From: Octopus sinensis
Taxonomy: Eukaryota
Direction of reading: 5' to 3'
NCBI RefSeq assembly: GCF_006345805.1
Contig: NC_042998.1
Span: forward strand, 184,760,001 to 184,824,000
DNA: 64,000 nucleotides
Shown here: piece by piece, positions 1 to 13,194 of the stretch
Position numbering within the stretch: position 1 is the first letter of the stretch
How the letters are laid out: each line of letters opens with the position of its first letter
Notes under the pieces: generated by a model
What the model was told of the DNA's origin: nothing
Databases searched by the model: none
What the model saw: only the letters and a program-made list of their open reading frames with translations
Program-made: the position numbers and the translations under genes

Positions 1-80
1 CGAACGAGAAATGAGCTCGGAGATAAACAGTGTATTTATATTCGTTATTAAGCAGACTATGGGAAAGTTTTAGACACGGA

Positions 81-114
<34 letters not shown>

Positions 115-244
115 TTGTTGATGTCACTATTGTCGTTGTTGCAATGTGTTTTCTGTTGATGATGGTTTGTATTTTATATTTCAAGTGCAAATTTGCACTT
201 GAAAAAGTAAAGTTTTATGTCGTCTGGCGAACGAACCGTCTCTT

Positions 245-397
245 ATGTACGTACGTATGTATGTATGTATGTATGTATGTATGTATGTATGTATGTATGT
301 ATGTATGTGTGTGTGCGTGCGTGTGTGTATGTATGTTTGTATGTATGTATGTAATGTATGTACGTGCGTATGTATACATGTATGTATCTATGTATTT

Positions 398-438
<41 letters not shown>

Positions 439-521
439 CATATACATACATATACATATATATATGCATATACATACATATATACATACATATATACATA
501 CATATATATATATATATATAT

Positions 522-564
<43 letters not shown>

Positions 565-600
565 AATATACATAATATATATATATATATATATGTACTT
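245..600. repeat. Compound (GTAT)n/(GT)n/(TA)n microsatellite
   Basis: Directly visible; explains ORFs 30..566, 215..499, 245..523. Confidence 0.97.
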
Positions 601-654
601 ACTAATATCTGAAACTCTCTCTGTATATATCTACTTATACATATGTGTGTATGT

Positions 655-674
655 GTAGTAGTAGTAGTAGAAGG

Positions 675-734
<60 letters not shown>

Positions 735-735
735 T
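655..735. repeat. (AGT)n/(AGC)n trinucleotide microsatellite
   Basis: Directly visible. Confidence 0.95.
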
Positions 736-771
736 GTTGTTTTTCTGTGATTTACAAGTATTATTACGTAT

Positions 772-945
772 GCGGTGTGGCGGTAGCAACCAGACAGAGA
801 CATTACAACCCCGGGAAAACGCCTTGCAGTATTTGTCCCACCATTTTACATCCTAAGTACAAATACTGTTGAGGTCAATTTTGCTTTCATCATTTCGAGT
901 TGATAAAAGAAAGTACCAGTGAAATACTGCAGTCAATGATGTTGA
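772..945 (+). mobile_element. Degenerate SINE family B copy
   Basis: gaggtcaattttgctttcatcatttcgagttgataaaa matches the family B core (gaggtcgactttgcctttcatcctttcggggtcgataaa) seen in younger copies such as 45781-46004. Confidence 0.6.
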
Positions 946-1000
946 ATGACTTTTCTTCTCAAAATTGTTGGTCTTGTGCTTAAACTAGAAACCATTATTA

Positions 1001-1155
1001 AAGGCGACGAGCTAGCAGAATTGTTAGAGTGTCGGAAAAAATGCTTCGTGGCATTTGTCCCGGTTCTTTGCATTTCGAGTTCAAATACCGCTGAGGCTAA
1101 CTCAACATTTCATCCATTCGGGATTACAAAAATGAAGTACCAGCCAAGTACTAGG
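1001..1155 (+). mobile_element. SINE family B copy (diverged)
   Basis: Head aaggcgacgagctagcagaa, box-B-like gagttcaaatac, core catttcatccattcggg. Confidence 0.75.
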
Positions 1156-1229
1156 AACGATGGTTACCAACAAACCACTTACCTTTTTTTTTTTTATCTC
1201 ATTCTGAAAAATAATTTAATATATATATA

Positions 1230-1405
1230 GGCGCATGAGTGGCTGTGTAGTAAGTAGCTTGCTTACCAACCACATTGTTCTGGGTTCAGTCCCACTACGT
1301 GGCACCTTGGGAAAGTGTCTTCTACTATAGCCTCGGGCCGACCAAAGCCTTGTGAGTGGATTTTGTAGACCAAAACTGAAGAAGGCCGTCGTATATATGT
1401 ATATT

Positions 1406-1438
<33 letters not shown>

Positions 1439-1662
1439 TATACATATATATATGTGTGTGTGTCTGTACCCCCCCCAACAACAACAACATCGCTTGATAA
1501 CAGATTACTGGTGTGTTTAAGTCCCCGTAACTTAGCGGTTCGGAAAAGAGACCGACAGAATAGTAGTGGGTTTACAAATAATAAGTCCTGGGTCGAATTG
1601 CTCGACTAAAGGCGGTACTCCAGCATGGCCACAGTCAAATGAAACAAGAAAAGAGTAAGAGA

Positions 1663-1663
<1 letters not shown>
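1230..1663 (+). mobile_element. SINE family A, full length (tRNA-type head, CORE-like domain, internal microsatellite, LINE-like tail)
   Basis: Head ggcgcatgagtggctgtgtagtaag...gggttcagtccc; gtggcaccttgggaaagtgtc resembles the CORE-SINE domain; tail ggcggtactccagcatggccacagtcaaat-gaaacaag. At least 10 related copies in the window. Confidence 0.92.
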
Positions 1664-1704
<41 letters not shown>

Positions 1705-1713
1705 CACACACAG

Positions 1714-1744
<31 letters not shown>

Positions 1745-1914
1745 CACACAAATATATATATATGTGCGTGCGTGTAATATACATATATATATATGCGTAT
1801 ATATGCGTATATATATGCACCTATATGTGTGCATATATGTATATATATGTGTGTGTGTGTGCGTCTGTGTGTGTATGTGTGTGTATGTATATGTTAGTGT
1901 GTGCGTGCGCGTGT

Positions 1915-2030
1915 ATAAGGATACCCGGTGTTGCCCGGGAATAAAACAATTTGAATGTTTCCCGCCATCGTCTGCAGACGTTTCGATACTTATATATTTT
2001 TCAGTAGAGAATCATGAATGATTATATCTA
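1915..2030 (+). mobile_element. Short remnant with a HINE/Helitron-like 5' hairpin
   Basis: cccggtgttgcccggg (1924-1939) matches the hairpin cccggcgttgctcggg of the element at 59834-60359. Confidence 0.45.
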
Positions 2031-3576
2031 TATCATTACTAAGCTTAGATCTAATACTGACTCGATTTTACAGTACAACCCCGTTAGCTATAGATATTTC
2101 TTACTTTACGAATAATTTTGTCCTGAAGTCTTTACTGAGGTAATGAATGATGGACGAAACATTGTATGTTTATTGCAGTCTTTATTTTCGCATTGTAAAT
2201 ATGATTCTATTTTATTTTTAATTTTCGACTCTACGTATTTCTCTGCTTCTCTCTCTCCCTGACTATTTCTGTCTGTCTCTGACGCTCTCTTCCTTTCCCT
2301 TTTTCCTTTTTCTCTTTTTTTTTCTCCCTTTGTCATTTCTTTCTCTGTCGGATTCACCTACCATGCGGAATATGTTTCGTTGTACCCTTTAATTAACTAG
2401 ATTAATCGTCTGCTCTTAATCGTTTATTATCAATCACTTGCTATTATTCGCTGCATTTCTCAAAAGATACAACCGTTATCTCGACCGTTATCGCGACCAA
2501 AAGCGATGTCGACACCACCGTTAACGACATCGCCATTTCTATCACGTTTACCGCCACCACAACCGACACCCTCAACCACGCCATCACCACCAACAACAAC
2601 TACAACATCTCCGGCAACAGAACCAGGAACACCAAGACAAAACCAGTTCTTGAAGCATCACAGGCTTCAAAAGAAAAGAAAGTAAGAACAAAGAACAACA
2701 CACCGACCAATTTATTGCTCTAATGATTTTATTACAGGAAAGAATCTAATGTGAAATTAAGTCCGTTGCATGTCTTCATAAAACACCGGTCGCTTCTTTG
2801 AGGACGCTTCTTGCTCTGCTCTATGTTTAAACGATCATTCTAATCAGCTGTGCTGATGATTTAACAAAAGAAAAAAAAAAAAAAAAAAAAAGAAAACTGA
2901 AGAATATGCAAAGAAGGAATTTTTTTGGCGTTAATTTTTTTTATATTCTTATTTTTAACGTTTAATACTGTTTTCTCTATTGTCTTAATTATTTAGTTAT
3001 TTCATTTACATGAAAGGAAAAATTGCTGAGCACATTCTTTCAGTTGATTTCGGCGATAATTTTTATCGCTATTTGTCGTTTTTTTCGTTATGTGTATGAT
3101 GTTGATGTTTCTTTCTCTTAACGCTATTGTTGCATAGAATTTATTTTTTAAACTTTTAACTGCTGCGTAGTTGTTTTTTCTATAGCTGTTGTTGTTATTG
3201 TGATGTTTGTGCGCTAAGTGATGGTATATTCAGCGGAGCACTTAATTACCTTTATTTCTGCAAATTTATAATTTTTTTTATTATTTTAGTTTTGCCGCTG
3301 TAGTTGATTTAAAACCAGTGTCAATTAATTATCATAATTAGGTGATAATTCGTACAACATAATTCTTACTTTCAATCGTTCAGCCCAACTCCAGCCCGAC
3401 TCCAAATGGGAAATGGATGAATTACGAAGGCATTCGATTGACTGACATATTTACCACCAGTTTGATATTGACAGCCAAGCTATTTAGAAAATGGTAAAAC
3501 GGTAAGAGAAGCGTTTTTGGTCTCACTCATCTTATTTCCATCATAACTTTTCTCTCCTTTCTATTTCTATTGCTTT

Positions 3577-3960
3577 AACGCTTAACGCCGGGCAAAATGC
3601 TTAACAGCATTTCGTCCTTCTTTACGTTCTGAGTTCAAATCCCGCCGAGGTCAACTTTGCCTTTCATCCTTTCGGGGTCGTTAAGTACCAGTTGAATAAT
3701 GGGATCAATGTAATCGACTTGTCGCCTTCCGAAATTGATTATTGTTTTGCTCATAAGGCCGCAAGCTGGCAGAATCGTTAGTGCACCAGACAAATACTTT
3801 ACAGTATTTCTACCGAGTCCTTTTGTTGAGTTCAAATACTTTCGAGGTCAACTTTACATTTCATCCTTGCGGGAGTCAATAGAATAAAGTATTTATCAGT
3901 TAATGGAGCCCATGTAACCGATTAACCGCCCTTGCTCCTAAAAAATGCCAGCCACAATTA
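3577..3960 (+). mobile_element. Two tandem SINE family B copies (3577-3745 and 3755-3960)
   Basis: Both carry ttctgagttcaaat...gaggtcaactt...tttcatcctt; the second is more diverged. Confidence 0.85.
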
Positions 3961-4536
3961 TTTTTCTATTTAATTATTATATTTTTCTCTCATTTTCTTT
4001 AACTCTCTTCTTCTCTTTCTTTTTCTCTTCCTGTTTCGGACAGGAAAATCACTCAAACATAAGAATAAGTTTTAGTTGTTATTAAACCCAGATTATGCTG
4101 ATAGAGCAGACCTAAAGCAGACCTTGTGTGCTCAAAAGCATGTCAGCTGTTCCCACCTCACCTTTTGGAATGTATTTAGAACTAATGTTTTCTCGTACAT
4201 TCTTCTCCTTTTCAATGAATGTAGTGTGTGATAACGTGATATTTCAACAGTTATTGGTACTGAACACTTAGTCTTTCTAAATTGTTGGAACTGAGCATTT
4301 AATTTTTCTTTGGTTTTATAATATTAAGAGAAAAAAATGTGTGAAATTATACAATTAATAAGCACCTACTCTTTCTGTCTTCACCATCTCTCTCACTCTC
4401 TTATTATATTTTACTCTTTTGCAGCAATTGGTTAAAACATACTCTGTTAAATATAAGTAGGCTATGAAGACCGTCCTGAACTAATATTTCAACGAGTGTA
4501 AAGTACAGCAGCCGTTCTCTTATCCGCAGAGGCAGA

Positions 4537-4639
4537 GGCGTAGGAGTGGCTGTGTGGTAAGTAACTTGCTTACGAACCACATGGTTCCGGGTTCAGTCCC
4601 ACTGTGTGGCACCTTGGGCAAATGTCTTCTACTATAGCC
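4537..4639 (+). mobile_element. SINE family A head and CORE-like part only
   Basis: ggcgtaggagtggctgtgtggtaag...gtggcaccttgggcaaatgtcttctactatagcc, then an abrupt switch to family B. Confidence 0.9.
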
Positions 4640-4868
4640 GGCGGTGAGCTGGCAGAAACGTTAGCACGCCGGGCGAAATGCTTAGCGGTATTTCGTCTGC
4701 CGTTACGTTCTGAGTTCAAATTCCACCGAGGTCGACTTTGCCTTTCATCTTTTCGGGGTCGATAAATTAACGTTACGCACTGGGGGGTCGATGTAATCGG
4801 CTTAATGCCTTTGTATATCCTTGTTTGTCCTCTCTGTGTTTAGCCCCTTGTGGGCAATAAAGAAATAA
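4640..4868 (+). mobile_element. SINE family B, full length (Meta-domain-like core)
   Basis: ggcggtgagctggcagaaacgttagcacgccgggcgaaatgc...gcctttcatcttttcggggtcgataaattaa...agccccttgtgggcaataaagaaata. Confidence 0.92.
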
Positions 4869-5389
4869 GATAGATAAAAGAATTTCTCACATACTGTATC
4901 TTTTCGTATGAAGCAGTCAGAAAATGGATTTACGTAATCTTGAAGAAAACACCAAGGAAAGAAAGATGAGAGAAAAGAACTTTAGAACCTTTTGCAATGA
5001 GGACGAAAGAATAGGTTACCTTCTTACATATGCTATGTGTAATCTTACACAAGATTTTTCTTTGAAATGCAACCTTTCTTTTAATCCTATAGATAACCAT
5101 ATATGGAAGAAGTATAAGATTCCGAATCTCATACTGAAGAATAGCTTGTTTGAAATTAATAATTTAATCATCTCCTGATTTTATAACATCAAAAAGAATT
5201 TGTGTATGTGTAAAATTATAAAGTAGGGAACAATACGGGGACCGCTCTCTTCGTAAATTTGTTTTATTTTATAAAATAAAGTCTATAAAGAGTACATGAG
5301 CCACATTTGGAACTAAGATTTCTGTAAGCTTAAAAAATTGGATATCATTTTAAATAAGAGAAGAAAGGTTTGGAAAATTACACGCACAC

Positions 5390-5431
<42 letters not shown>

Positions 5432-5586
5432 ATAGTAATGCAATACGAGAGTATTGCTTTCCAGTAAAGGATAGCCCGTGAGGGTAAAATTATACATAAA
5501 AGTAAATACATTAGCGTCGTATTTATTACGTTCGCTATTTTCCAGTAAATATCGGTACTTCGTTGTGCCATTTATTTACTTTTATG

Positions 5587-5623
<37 letters not shown>

Positions 5624-5677
5624 TTGAGCATAAGCATATGTACTTAATGTGAAAAATTTTATAGATTGAAACATCAC

Positions 5678-5738
5678 CTGTAGGGTTCGAACGCTGCTTC
5701 AAATGTGAGATGTATAACTGTGCTAACCACTCTGCCAA
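5678..5738 (-). mobile_element. tRNA-like SINE head remnant
   Basis: Minus strand has box A tggcagagtgg and box B gttcgaaccc, with no complete cloverleaf. Confidence 0.45.
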
Positions 5739-6434
5739 AGAAACATCTTACGCCATTGCTGTCGGAATTAGGAAGCTTAAATTAAGTCACTACAGTAGCA
5801 CTGCCGTGACTTGTCAATAGGGATCTCGCTTTACACAGCATCGGAATAGTTTTATATATGTCGGTTACAGAAAAAGTCGGGGAAAATGTTGCAACGTCGT
5901 TTGAGTGCTTCCAATGCCATGTCTTCTATAGAGATGTGCTTAGCCTAGCACCAAAGTAACATTCCAATCCATGACTGTCGGAATTTATAGATTTAAGGAA
6001 CGTGGACCTGCTGGGATGGGTAACATTTTCACTGGATTTGGCCAATTACTTCGGACCTAGTTGTATGTTACTTATTTTATCTAGCAATACATGAAAATAT
6101 CAACTAAGAAATATTAAAAATTTTTAATGAAATTTTACTTTCCTAATATATTTGTATTGTAAAAAAAGAACAACATCCCGGGAGATATTGACTGCCGGAG
6201 GATTTTGTCAGGGGTTGAGGAGGATTTTATCTTCGGAGGTATTTTGTCCTCATCAATAAATAACCGAGAATTTAACTAAAATATAAAAAATTATATAGAT
6301 AATAATGATATAGATATCATTATGCTTGGCTACAAAGCTTCTGCCTAGATTTAAAAAATCAGATCCCATGGGTCCATTTGACGTCACTATGGATGAGATT
6401 GCTGGACAGCGAATAGACATACCTCTTCCTTGTT

Positions 6435-6643
6435 TACACTAGTACATCCACAATAGAAATATATACAGAGACGCTAATAGACACGTAGTAGGTGCATAAT
6501 TATAACTGCAATAGTTACCGCCACTAAATATCTATCACTACAAATCTAAATATTGTAAATTTCTTAGCTGTTACCCTCAAACTAAGCACAGACAGATATA
6601 AACCACAGACAAAACCTAATAAAAATTACATTATTAACATAGA
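6435..6643 (+). mobile_element. Possible short HINE/Helitron-like element
   Basis: Starts acactag and ends acagacaga...atagat, the same terminal pattern as 59834-60359. Confidence 0.4.
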
Positions 6644-7174
6644 TTCCTGTCATCCGTTCATATTTTCAAAAACATGATTATTGATATCATTAAAAAAATT
6701 TCAAGCTTGTTTCAAATGATTAAATGCTCGACAATGCACAAAAGCTACCGAATTCAAGATATTGTCAAATATAATTCCTTGCCATCCACTAGCAAGAAGG
6801 GATGCCGTAACATTATCTGGTTCGCGCCTCTCTTACTTATTAAATGCTTAAATACAACATTACGAAAATATTTAACAAGCCAACAGAGTTTTAATTGTAC
6901 AACCAGTATGAAAAGCTTGATAAGATAAGTAAATCAACCGAAGATAATGGCATGCAGAGATAGACGTGTATGCTCCCTTACTTAATCATGTAAGGTATAG
7001 GTAATTATCTGTGATGTAAAATTTACCATCGCCAAACTGCATGTAACCAACCAAATTTAAACATCATGTGTAAACACTATGTAGATACAGTTTAAGTTTA
7101 ATTTACGCAACGATACTTCATCTATGCGTCTTTCTTTTGAACTATAGAAAACAGAAATCCGCCTTGTATTAGAG

Positions 7175-7472
7175 CAGTGTTTTCCAATCTATTTTCCTCC
7201 AGGTCCCACGATAACTGGTGGTTAGAAAAAAAACCCAACTTTATTTTAAATATTTTCTCACAATTTAATGCAAAAGAATCTACCAGTAACTATTTTATCA
7301 AGTACTGAGTACAAAAATAAATGTACGCTATTGACTCGGTAAAAAAAAAACAACAGATTTTCACAATTTTCATGTCCCACTATAAAGAAAAGAAAGCAGT
7401 TTGGATCCCATGCCCACCACAGTTTTCTCAGCCCCCACCAGTGGCTTGCCTCCCTCACGTTAAGAATCACTG
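7175..7472. mobile_element. hAT (Charlie-like) MITE
   Basis: TIRs cagtgttttccaa / ttaagaatcactg; near-identical 8-bp flanks tattagag (7167-7174) and aattagag (7473-7480), as expected for an hAT TSD. Confidence 0.8.
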
Positions 7473-7959
7473 AATTAGAGCATGCTATTACATTCGATAT
7501 CACGTGGAAGATCCTCGAGAGATGCAGACTATGCAGAAAAGGTACAAACGCTGCGCGTTATGGATAGCTCAAAATAAATAAGTAAATAAGTAAATAAAGC
7601 CACCTAATCAATAATTTTAATAAACTCACAGTCTATCGGAATAGCAGACCAGAAACCTCCACCAAATGTCGAACAGGTTTTGAGTGAAGTAAGAGGCGTT
7701 GCTTAGTATGTGGATAGGTGGATGTGTGGATGATTGGCGCGATGAAACAGTAATCTGATGAGCAGCTAAGTCAGTAAAAGCACGGCAGTTGTTAGATTTG
7801 GAGGTGAGAAAGAAATCAAGGAGAGATGTCAATGGGGATGGCTACATCGGTATTTTTTTAAAGCTATCTCGACTGAAGGAAAAGGCAAAGACGACCAAGC
7901 GGATATGAAGAGAAGTAACTATGACCGAACGAAACACTGGAAAGCATACGCGCGCGCGC

Positions 7960-8092
7960 GTGTTTCTTTGTATTTCTTTGTGTTGTTATTTGTCTCCTCA
8001 CTCACCGCTTGACAACCAGTCTTGGTTTGTTCACAATCCTCATAGCTTAGTGGTTTGACTCAAGTGTTCGATAAAATAAATACTAGACATAC
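7960..8092 (+). mobile_element. SINE family A internal fragment
   Basis: caccgcttgacaacc...gcttagtggttt...cgataaaataaatactag matches the post-microsatellite body of family A. Confidence 0.6.
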
Positions 8093-8262
8093 ACACACGA
8101 AAGCACTCTTACGTATGTCACGGGAGGTGAGCTATGGTGCAACTATTCCTTCTTGAAATGGGCTCTGAACAAACTGAAATAAAATTTTCAAAAGAGAAAA
8201 AAAAACCAAAACAAGGAAAAAGCACTTACAAATGTTCCATCGCAACATTCAACAGTATTACA

Positions 8263-8264
<2 letters not shown>

Positions 8265-8305
<41 letters not shown>

Positions 8306-8330
8306 ACACACACACAGACACACACACACA

Positions 8331-8377
<47 letters not shown>

Positions 8378-8385
8378 TACACACT
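8265..8385. repeat. (CA)n microsatellite
   Basis: Directly visible. Confidence 0.97.
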
Positions 8386-8629
8386 CATATCACAAGAATT
8401 TCAGACAATTTCGCTGTTACTTAACCACCACGTGATTGGCTGCTCATCTAATGTCTAAGAAACCCTAATATAAACACTGAAAGGCGTCCATGTTTATGAG
8501 AGAGGGAAAAACCACAGAATATGATTAGCAATTAGCTATAATGTAAACGGTTAGGATGATTTAAATATAAATTATATCACGATTGCAGTCCAATGACTGA
8601 AACGTGTAGAATAAGGCATACACACAAAC

Positions 8630-8812
8630 ATACGCGCACGTACATGGAATCAAGAGGTCTGCGCAGAGTTTCTGTCCACTTAATTTCACACACATAACTT
8701 TTATTGAGCCGAGGTAGAAGCAGCTTGTCCAAGGCGCCGTGCAATGGGATCAAACACAGAACTAAATGTTCGCAAAAGGAACTTCTTAACTATATAGCCA
8801 TGGATACCAGCG
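8630..8812 (-). mobile_element. Diverged SINE family A 5' part
   Basis: cttgtccaaggcgccgtgcaatggga...cttcttaactatatagccatg is the reverse complement of the family A head and CORE-like domain. Confidence 0.65.
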
Positions 8813-9269
8813 TAACGTTATGTTATAGATTTAATTATATAGTTAATGCATTTCAGTATATCCATTTGAGTATACCGGACTCCACATAGTCTCTTGGAAG
8901 TGTGCATTGAATATAATAGTGCTATCAGACATAAAACCATGCACACACACACACATACACATACACATATGCACGGGTACACACACACGTACATCCACAT
9001 ATGTGTGTGTGTACCTTTGTCTATATGTATGCGTGTGTGTAGGTGTTTATGTAGGTGTGATCATACCACTGTCTGTGTTTATCGTGTGTGTATTTGAACG
9101 TATTTGTGTGTCGATTCATTGTGCAGTTTTCGTAAATCAAGCTATCTCTCCCCCCTTGTCGACTATTCACATACATCTCTTCCACACAGACGTTAACACA
9201 ACCCCGCCACTACACACATACACATTAAACAAAGACAAACACATATACATACACCTACACAAACCTACA

Positions 9270-9302
<33 letters not shown>

Positions 9303-9684
9303 CACATACACACACACACATACACACACGCACGCATACTAACAAACACATGCGGAATCTATATTATTGGACAAGCGCAATTCTTTAAGAATCTGTCTGC
9401 CACCAATTTTCCAAGACGCAGTTGTCAGGGAATGTTAAATAGGGAAAATACATCATAAATGGCGTACGATAAACTAATTTTCACAGTTCGTCGTTCCTTT
9501 TTACAGCAAAAGCTGTGCTGGGTGGTTGCTGGTCGGAAGCTGAATGAGGCTTAATATCCAAAGAATCATTACGGATTCATTTCGCGCGCGGACTGATATA
9601 AAATAACCTTGTAAAATCGAATGCTTTCAAATACAGCCCATTTAGAGAACCAGACGACCATTATTATTATTATCATCATCATCA

Positions 9685-9739
<55 letters not shown>

Positions 9740-10054
9740 CATACAATTTGCTTTTGACTTTTTCTCTTACGGCTTTTATCTATTAACCACAATTAGAGCT
9801 GTCCCGACCAAGCGAACCGTTTTCATGCTTTTTAATCTGTGCTTAACACTGGATAGTTTAAATGTGCTAATTAGTGAAAAACAGTCGGGGCGTGGATGTG
9901 TGATGTCTGTCTGAGTTTACTTGTTTACTGCATCCTTCTTCCAATAAAACCTCTTATTGGAGAAGCTTATTTGTTTTGGTTTTTCTCTGTTTTTGTTTGC
10001 TTGTTTGTTTTGTTATCAATGGAAACCTGAACAGTGGTCTGTATGTAGTTGATT

Positions 10055-10109
10055 CTACTGTAAATAAATAGAGGCTGAGAGACTGAGTGTGAGAGGCGAG
10101 AAATTGATA

Positions 10110-10142
<33 letters not shown>

Positions 10143-10626
10143 GGAGGCGGGGAGAAACGGACAGAATAAGCGACCTCTAGAGAGATATTAGACAGACGAA
10201 AAGTATATGAGACGATGGAAAGAGAAAAGAGGATGATGAAGAAGGGGGATGAGAGATAAAAGTGATAAAGAAAGAAAGAGAGAGAGAGAGAGAGAGAGGG
10301 GAGAATTATCGAGGAATAAGAGACAAATAGAGAAAGAAAAGAGAATGAGTAAAATGTAAGAGCGAGATGAGTTTGGTCGAAGACGTAGATGAAGAAAATG
10401 GCGTGAAAAATGAAATGAATGGCGGTGCCCCAGCATGGCCACAGCTCGTGAGCTGAAACTAGATAAAATAAAAAATAAAATAAAAAATAAAATAACGAAA
10501 TAATTGAAGATTTAAAATGAAGGTGAAAAATAAGAAAATTAAAACAATGAAGGAAAAACAGTAGAGAAAGAAAGATTGAATAAAATAAAAAGAAATACAC
10601 GGCAGAAGGAAAGAAAATAGGCAAGA

Positions 10627-10670
<44 letters not shown>

Positions 10671-11180
10671 CAAATGGAAGATGGCAGCGAAAATAGAGAA
10701 AGTGAGATGAAAGTGAATTTAGCAATAAAGAGGCGAAAACGGAGGAGGAGGAGGAGAAAGAGGGGTAGAAGGAGGAGGAAGAAGAAGGAGGAAGAGGAAG
10801 GGGAAAAGGAGGCAATTAGCATGTGGCAACGATTTAATTATGAGTGAGACATGTAGGTTGTAGGTTGTAAGTTTTGATTCTGATAAAGAGCTGTAGATTG
10901 CATTTCATAACGGCGAGAATGTGAGGAAAAAGAAGATTCGGTGTTCGTGTGTGTGTGTTGTGGGGAGAGAGAATATAAGTAAAGGGAGCGACCGAGTGAA
11001 TGAGAAAAGGGAGAGACAGAAGAAGAATAAGAAGGACAGAGAGGGAGAGCGGGGTTGGGATGGTTGTAGGGGAAAATAGGCTGAGTTTAAAGAAAGAACC
11101 AGAAGAAAGGGAGAAGCAAAATAAAGGCATATATTTAACGAGATACTATAATATAGAAAAGAAGCATATGAAGTAATTAA
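10055..11180 (+). repeat. Purine-rich (GA)n/(GGA)n low-complexity block
   Basis: Strong plus-strand purine bias; explains ORFs 10055..10822 and 10459..10815. Confidence 0.9.
10421..10494 (+). mobile_element. Isolated 3' tail of the CR1-group LINE (extreme 5' truncation)
   Basis: ggcggtgccccagcatggccacagctcgtgagctgaaactagataaaa + A-rich tail; near-identical to the LINE end at 33023-33091. Confidence 0.85.
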
Positions 11181-11344
11181 CAATTTGTTAAGAATAATTC
11201 GGTTCGATAAGTCTTTTTATGTATTTCTTTTTATCCAGAAACCACGTACACTTTTGCTTCATTGAATCATTTGTATATTTATGACTTTCCAGCAGTTGGC
11301 TGCTGTTAGTATGAGTAGCGTGTGTGTGTGAGTACGTGTGGCAT

Positions 11345-11441
<97 letters not shown>

Positions 11442-11467
11442 GTGTATGTATAATATGTATATGTATA

Positions 11468-11508
<41 letters not shown>

Positions 11509-11906
11509 ATAAATTATATATGTATATATATGTATATGTATGTATATATATATGTATGTATGTATGTAAGTAGGTAGGTAGGTAGGTTGGTAAGTATATT
11601 ATATATATATATATAATATATTATATATATATATATTATATTATATATATTATATATATATATATATATACATATGTATGTATGTACGTAGGTAGGTACG
11701 TAATTAAGTATATATGTGTAAGTATATATTATATATATATATATATGCATATGTATGTAGCTATATATGTATGCATGTATATATATATATATATATGCAT
11801 GTATGTATATATATGTATGCATGTATATATATATGTGTGTATGTATGTATGTATGTATATATAGTTATATAAGTAAATATATATATATACATACACACAC
11901 ACATAT

Positions 11907-11945
<39 letters not shown>
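11345..11945. repeat. Compound (TA)n/(GTAT)n microsatellite field
   Basis: Directly visible. Confidence 0.97.
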
Positions 11946-12751
11946 GGACAGAGAGGGACAGGGAGAAAGAGAGAGAGAAAACATTTACATAGAGTGTATA
12001 TAAATGTAGATGTAGGAGCGAGCGAATGTTTGTGTAAGACCTGCTGAGTTAGCAACTAAATTCACACATACACATACTCAACTTCAAAGTATATAATTAT
12101 CTATATATACATACACATACACACACATGCATACATACACACATGCATACATACATACATACATACATACATACATACATACATACATACATACATACAT
12201 ACATACATTTACATATATATATATCAGATCGCACAAAACTTGATGTATTTCACACGACCGTTTGCTTAATCCAGCACAATGACGTCTCCCTGCCTTCCTA
12301 ACACTCATGCATACAAACACACACATATACTCTTATACGCTTACACAGGATAGATATCCATCTACATATATGCATGAACCTCTGAGCTTTATTACACATG
12401 CAGTCTGAGATTTATGGGGATTAGTGGGAATGGAAAGTAATAGTGTTCATACTTTCCCAAAAGGTATTAGTGCAGCTAAATGAAAATCCCAACGGGTGAC
12501 AGTGGAAACCATTGATTATGTATAATATGCAGTTGGCTCCCCCCGTTAGATAAACAGCCAGTAAGCATAGCGTCACAGTTTCAAATGTAATTCAACGTTT
12601 TCCTCATGATTGTCTAAACAAAGACAGATGTTAACTGCAGTTTAGTACTGAACTCTGCAGCTCATGCAGGTATACATGCATACATATGTTTGCGTTTATG
12701 AGTGCCTGTGTGTGTATGTGAGTGTGTGTGTGTGTGTGTGTATATACATAC

Positions 12752-12808
<57 letters not shown>

Positions 12809-12827
12809 GTATGTATGTATATATATA

Positions 12828-13180
12828 CAGGAGTGGCTGTGTGGTAAGACGCTTGCTTCCCAACCGCATGGTTCCGGGTTCAGTCCCACACCTTGGGTAA
12901 GTGTCTTCTATTATAGCCCCGGGCCGACGAAACCCTTGTGAGTGGATTTGGTAGATAGAAACTGAAAGAAGACCGTCGTATGTGTGTGTGTGTGCGTGTG
13001 TGTGTCTGTGTTCCCCCCTCCACCATCGCTTGACAACAGATGTTGGTGTGTTTACGTACCCGTAACCAAGCGGTTAGAATAAGGCTTCTAAAGAATAAGT
13101 CCTAGTGGGGGGTAGATTCGTTCGACTAAAAGGCGGTGTTCCAGCATAGCCCCAGAAAATGCCTGAAAACAAAAGAAGAG
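12828..13180 (+). mobile_element. SINE family A, near full length
   Basis: caggagtggctgtgtggtaag...internal (TG)n...aaggcggtgttccagcatagcc. Confidence 0.9.
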
Positions 13181-13194
13181 AGAGTGACAGACTA

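Noticed and set aside
30-566. 178-aa ORF and the many similar Y/I/C/V/H/T-rich ORFs in the track
   Set aside because: Translations of (TA)n, (GTAT)n and (CA)n microsatellites, not genes.
2506-2685. 59-aa P/T-rich plus-strand ORF (MSTPPLTT...)
   Set aside because: Short and low complexity, with no splice or homology support; a non-coding minus-strand exon fits equally well.
7750-7790. ctgatgag motif
   Set aside because: No stem II closure or GAAA.
8113-8173. Minus-strand exon-like segment with plausible splice sites
   Set aside because: Stops in all three frames and no supporting context.
10055-10822. 255-aa L/S/F-rich ORF
   Set aside because: Reverse complement of a (GA)-rich tract containing a LINE tail.
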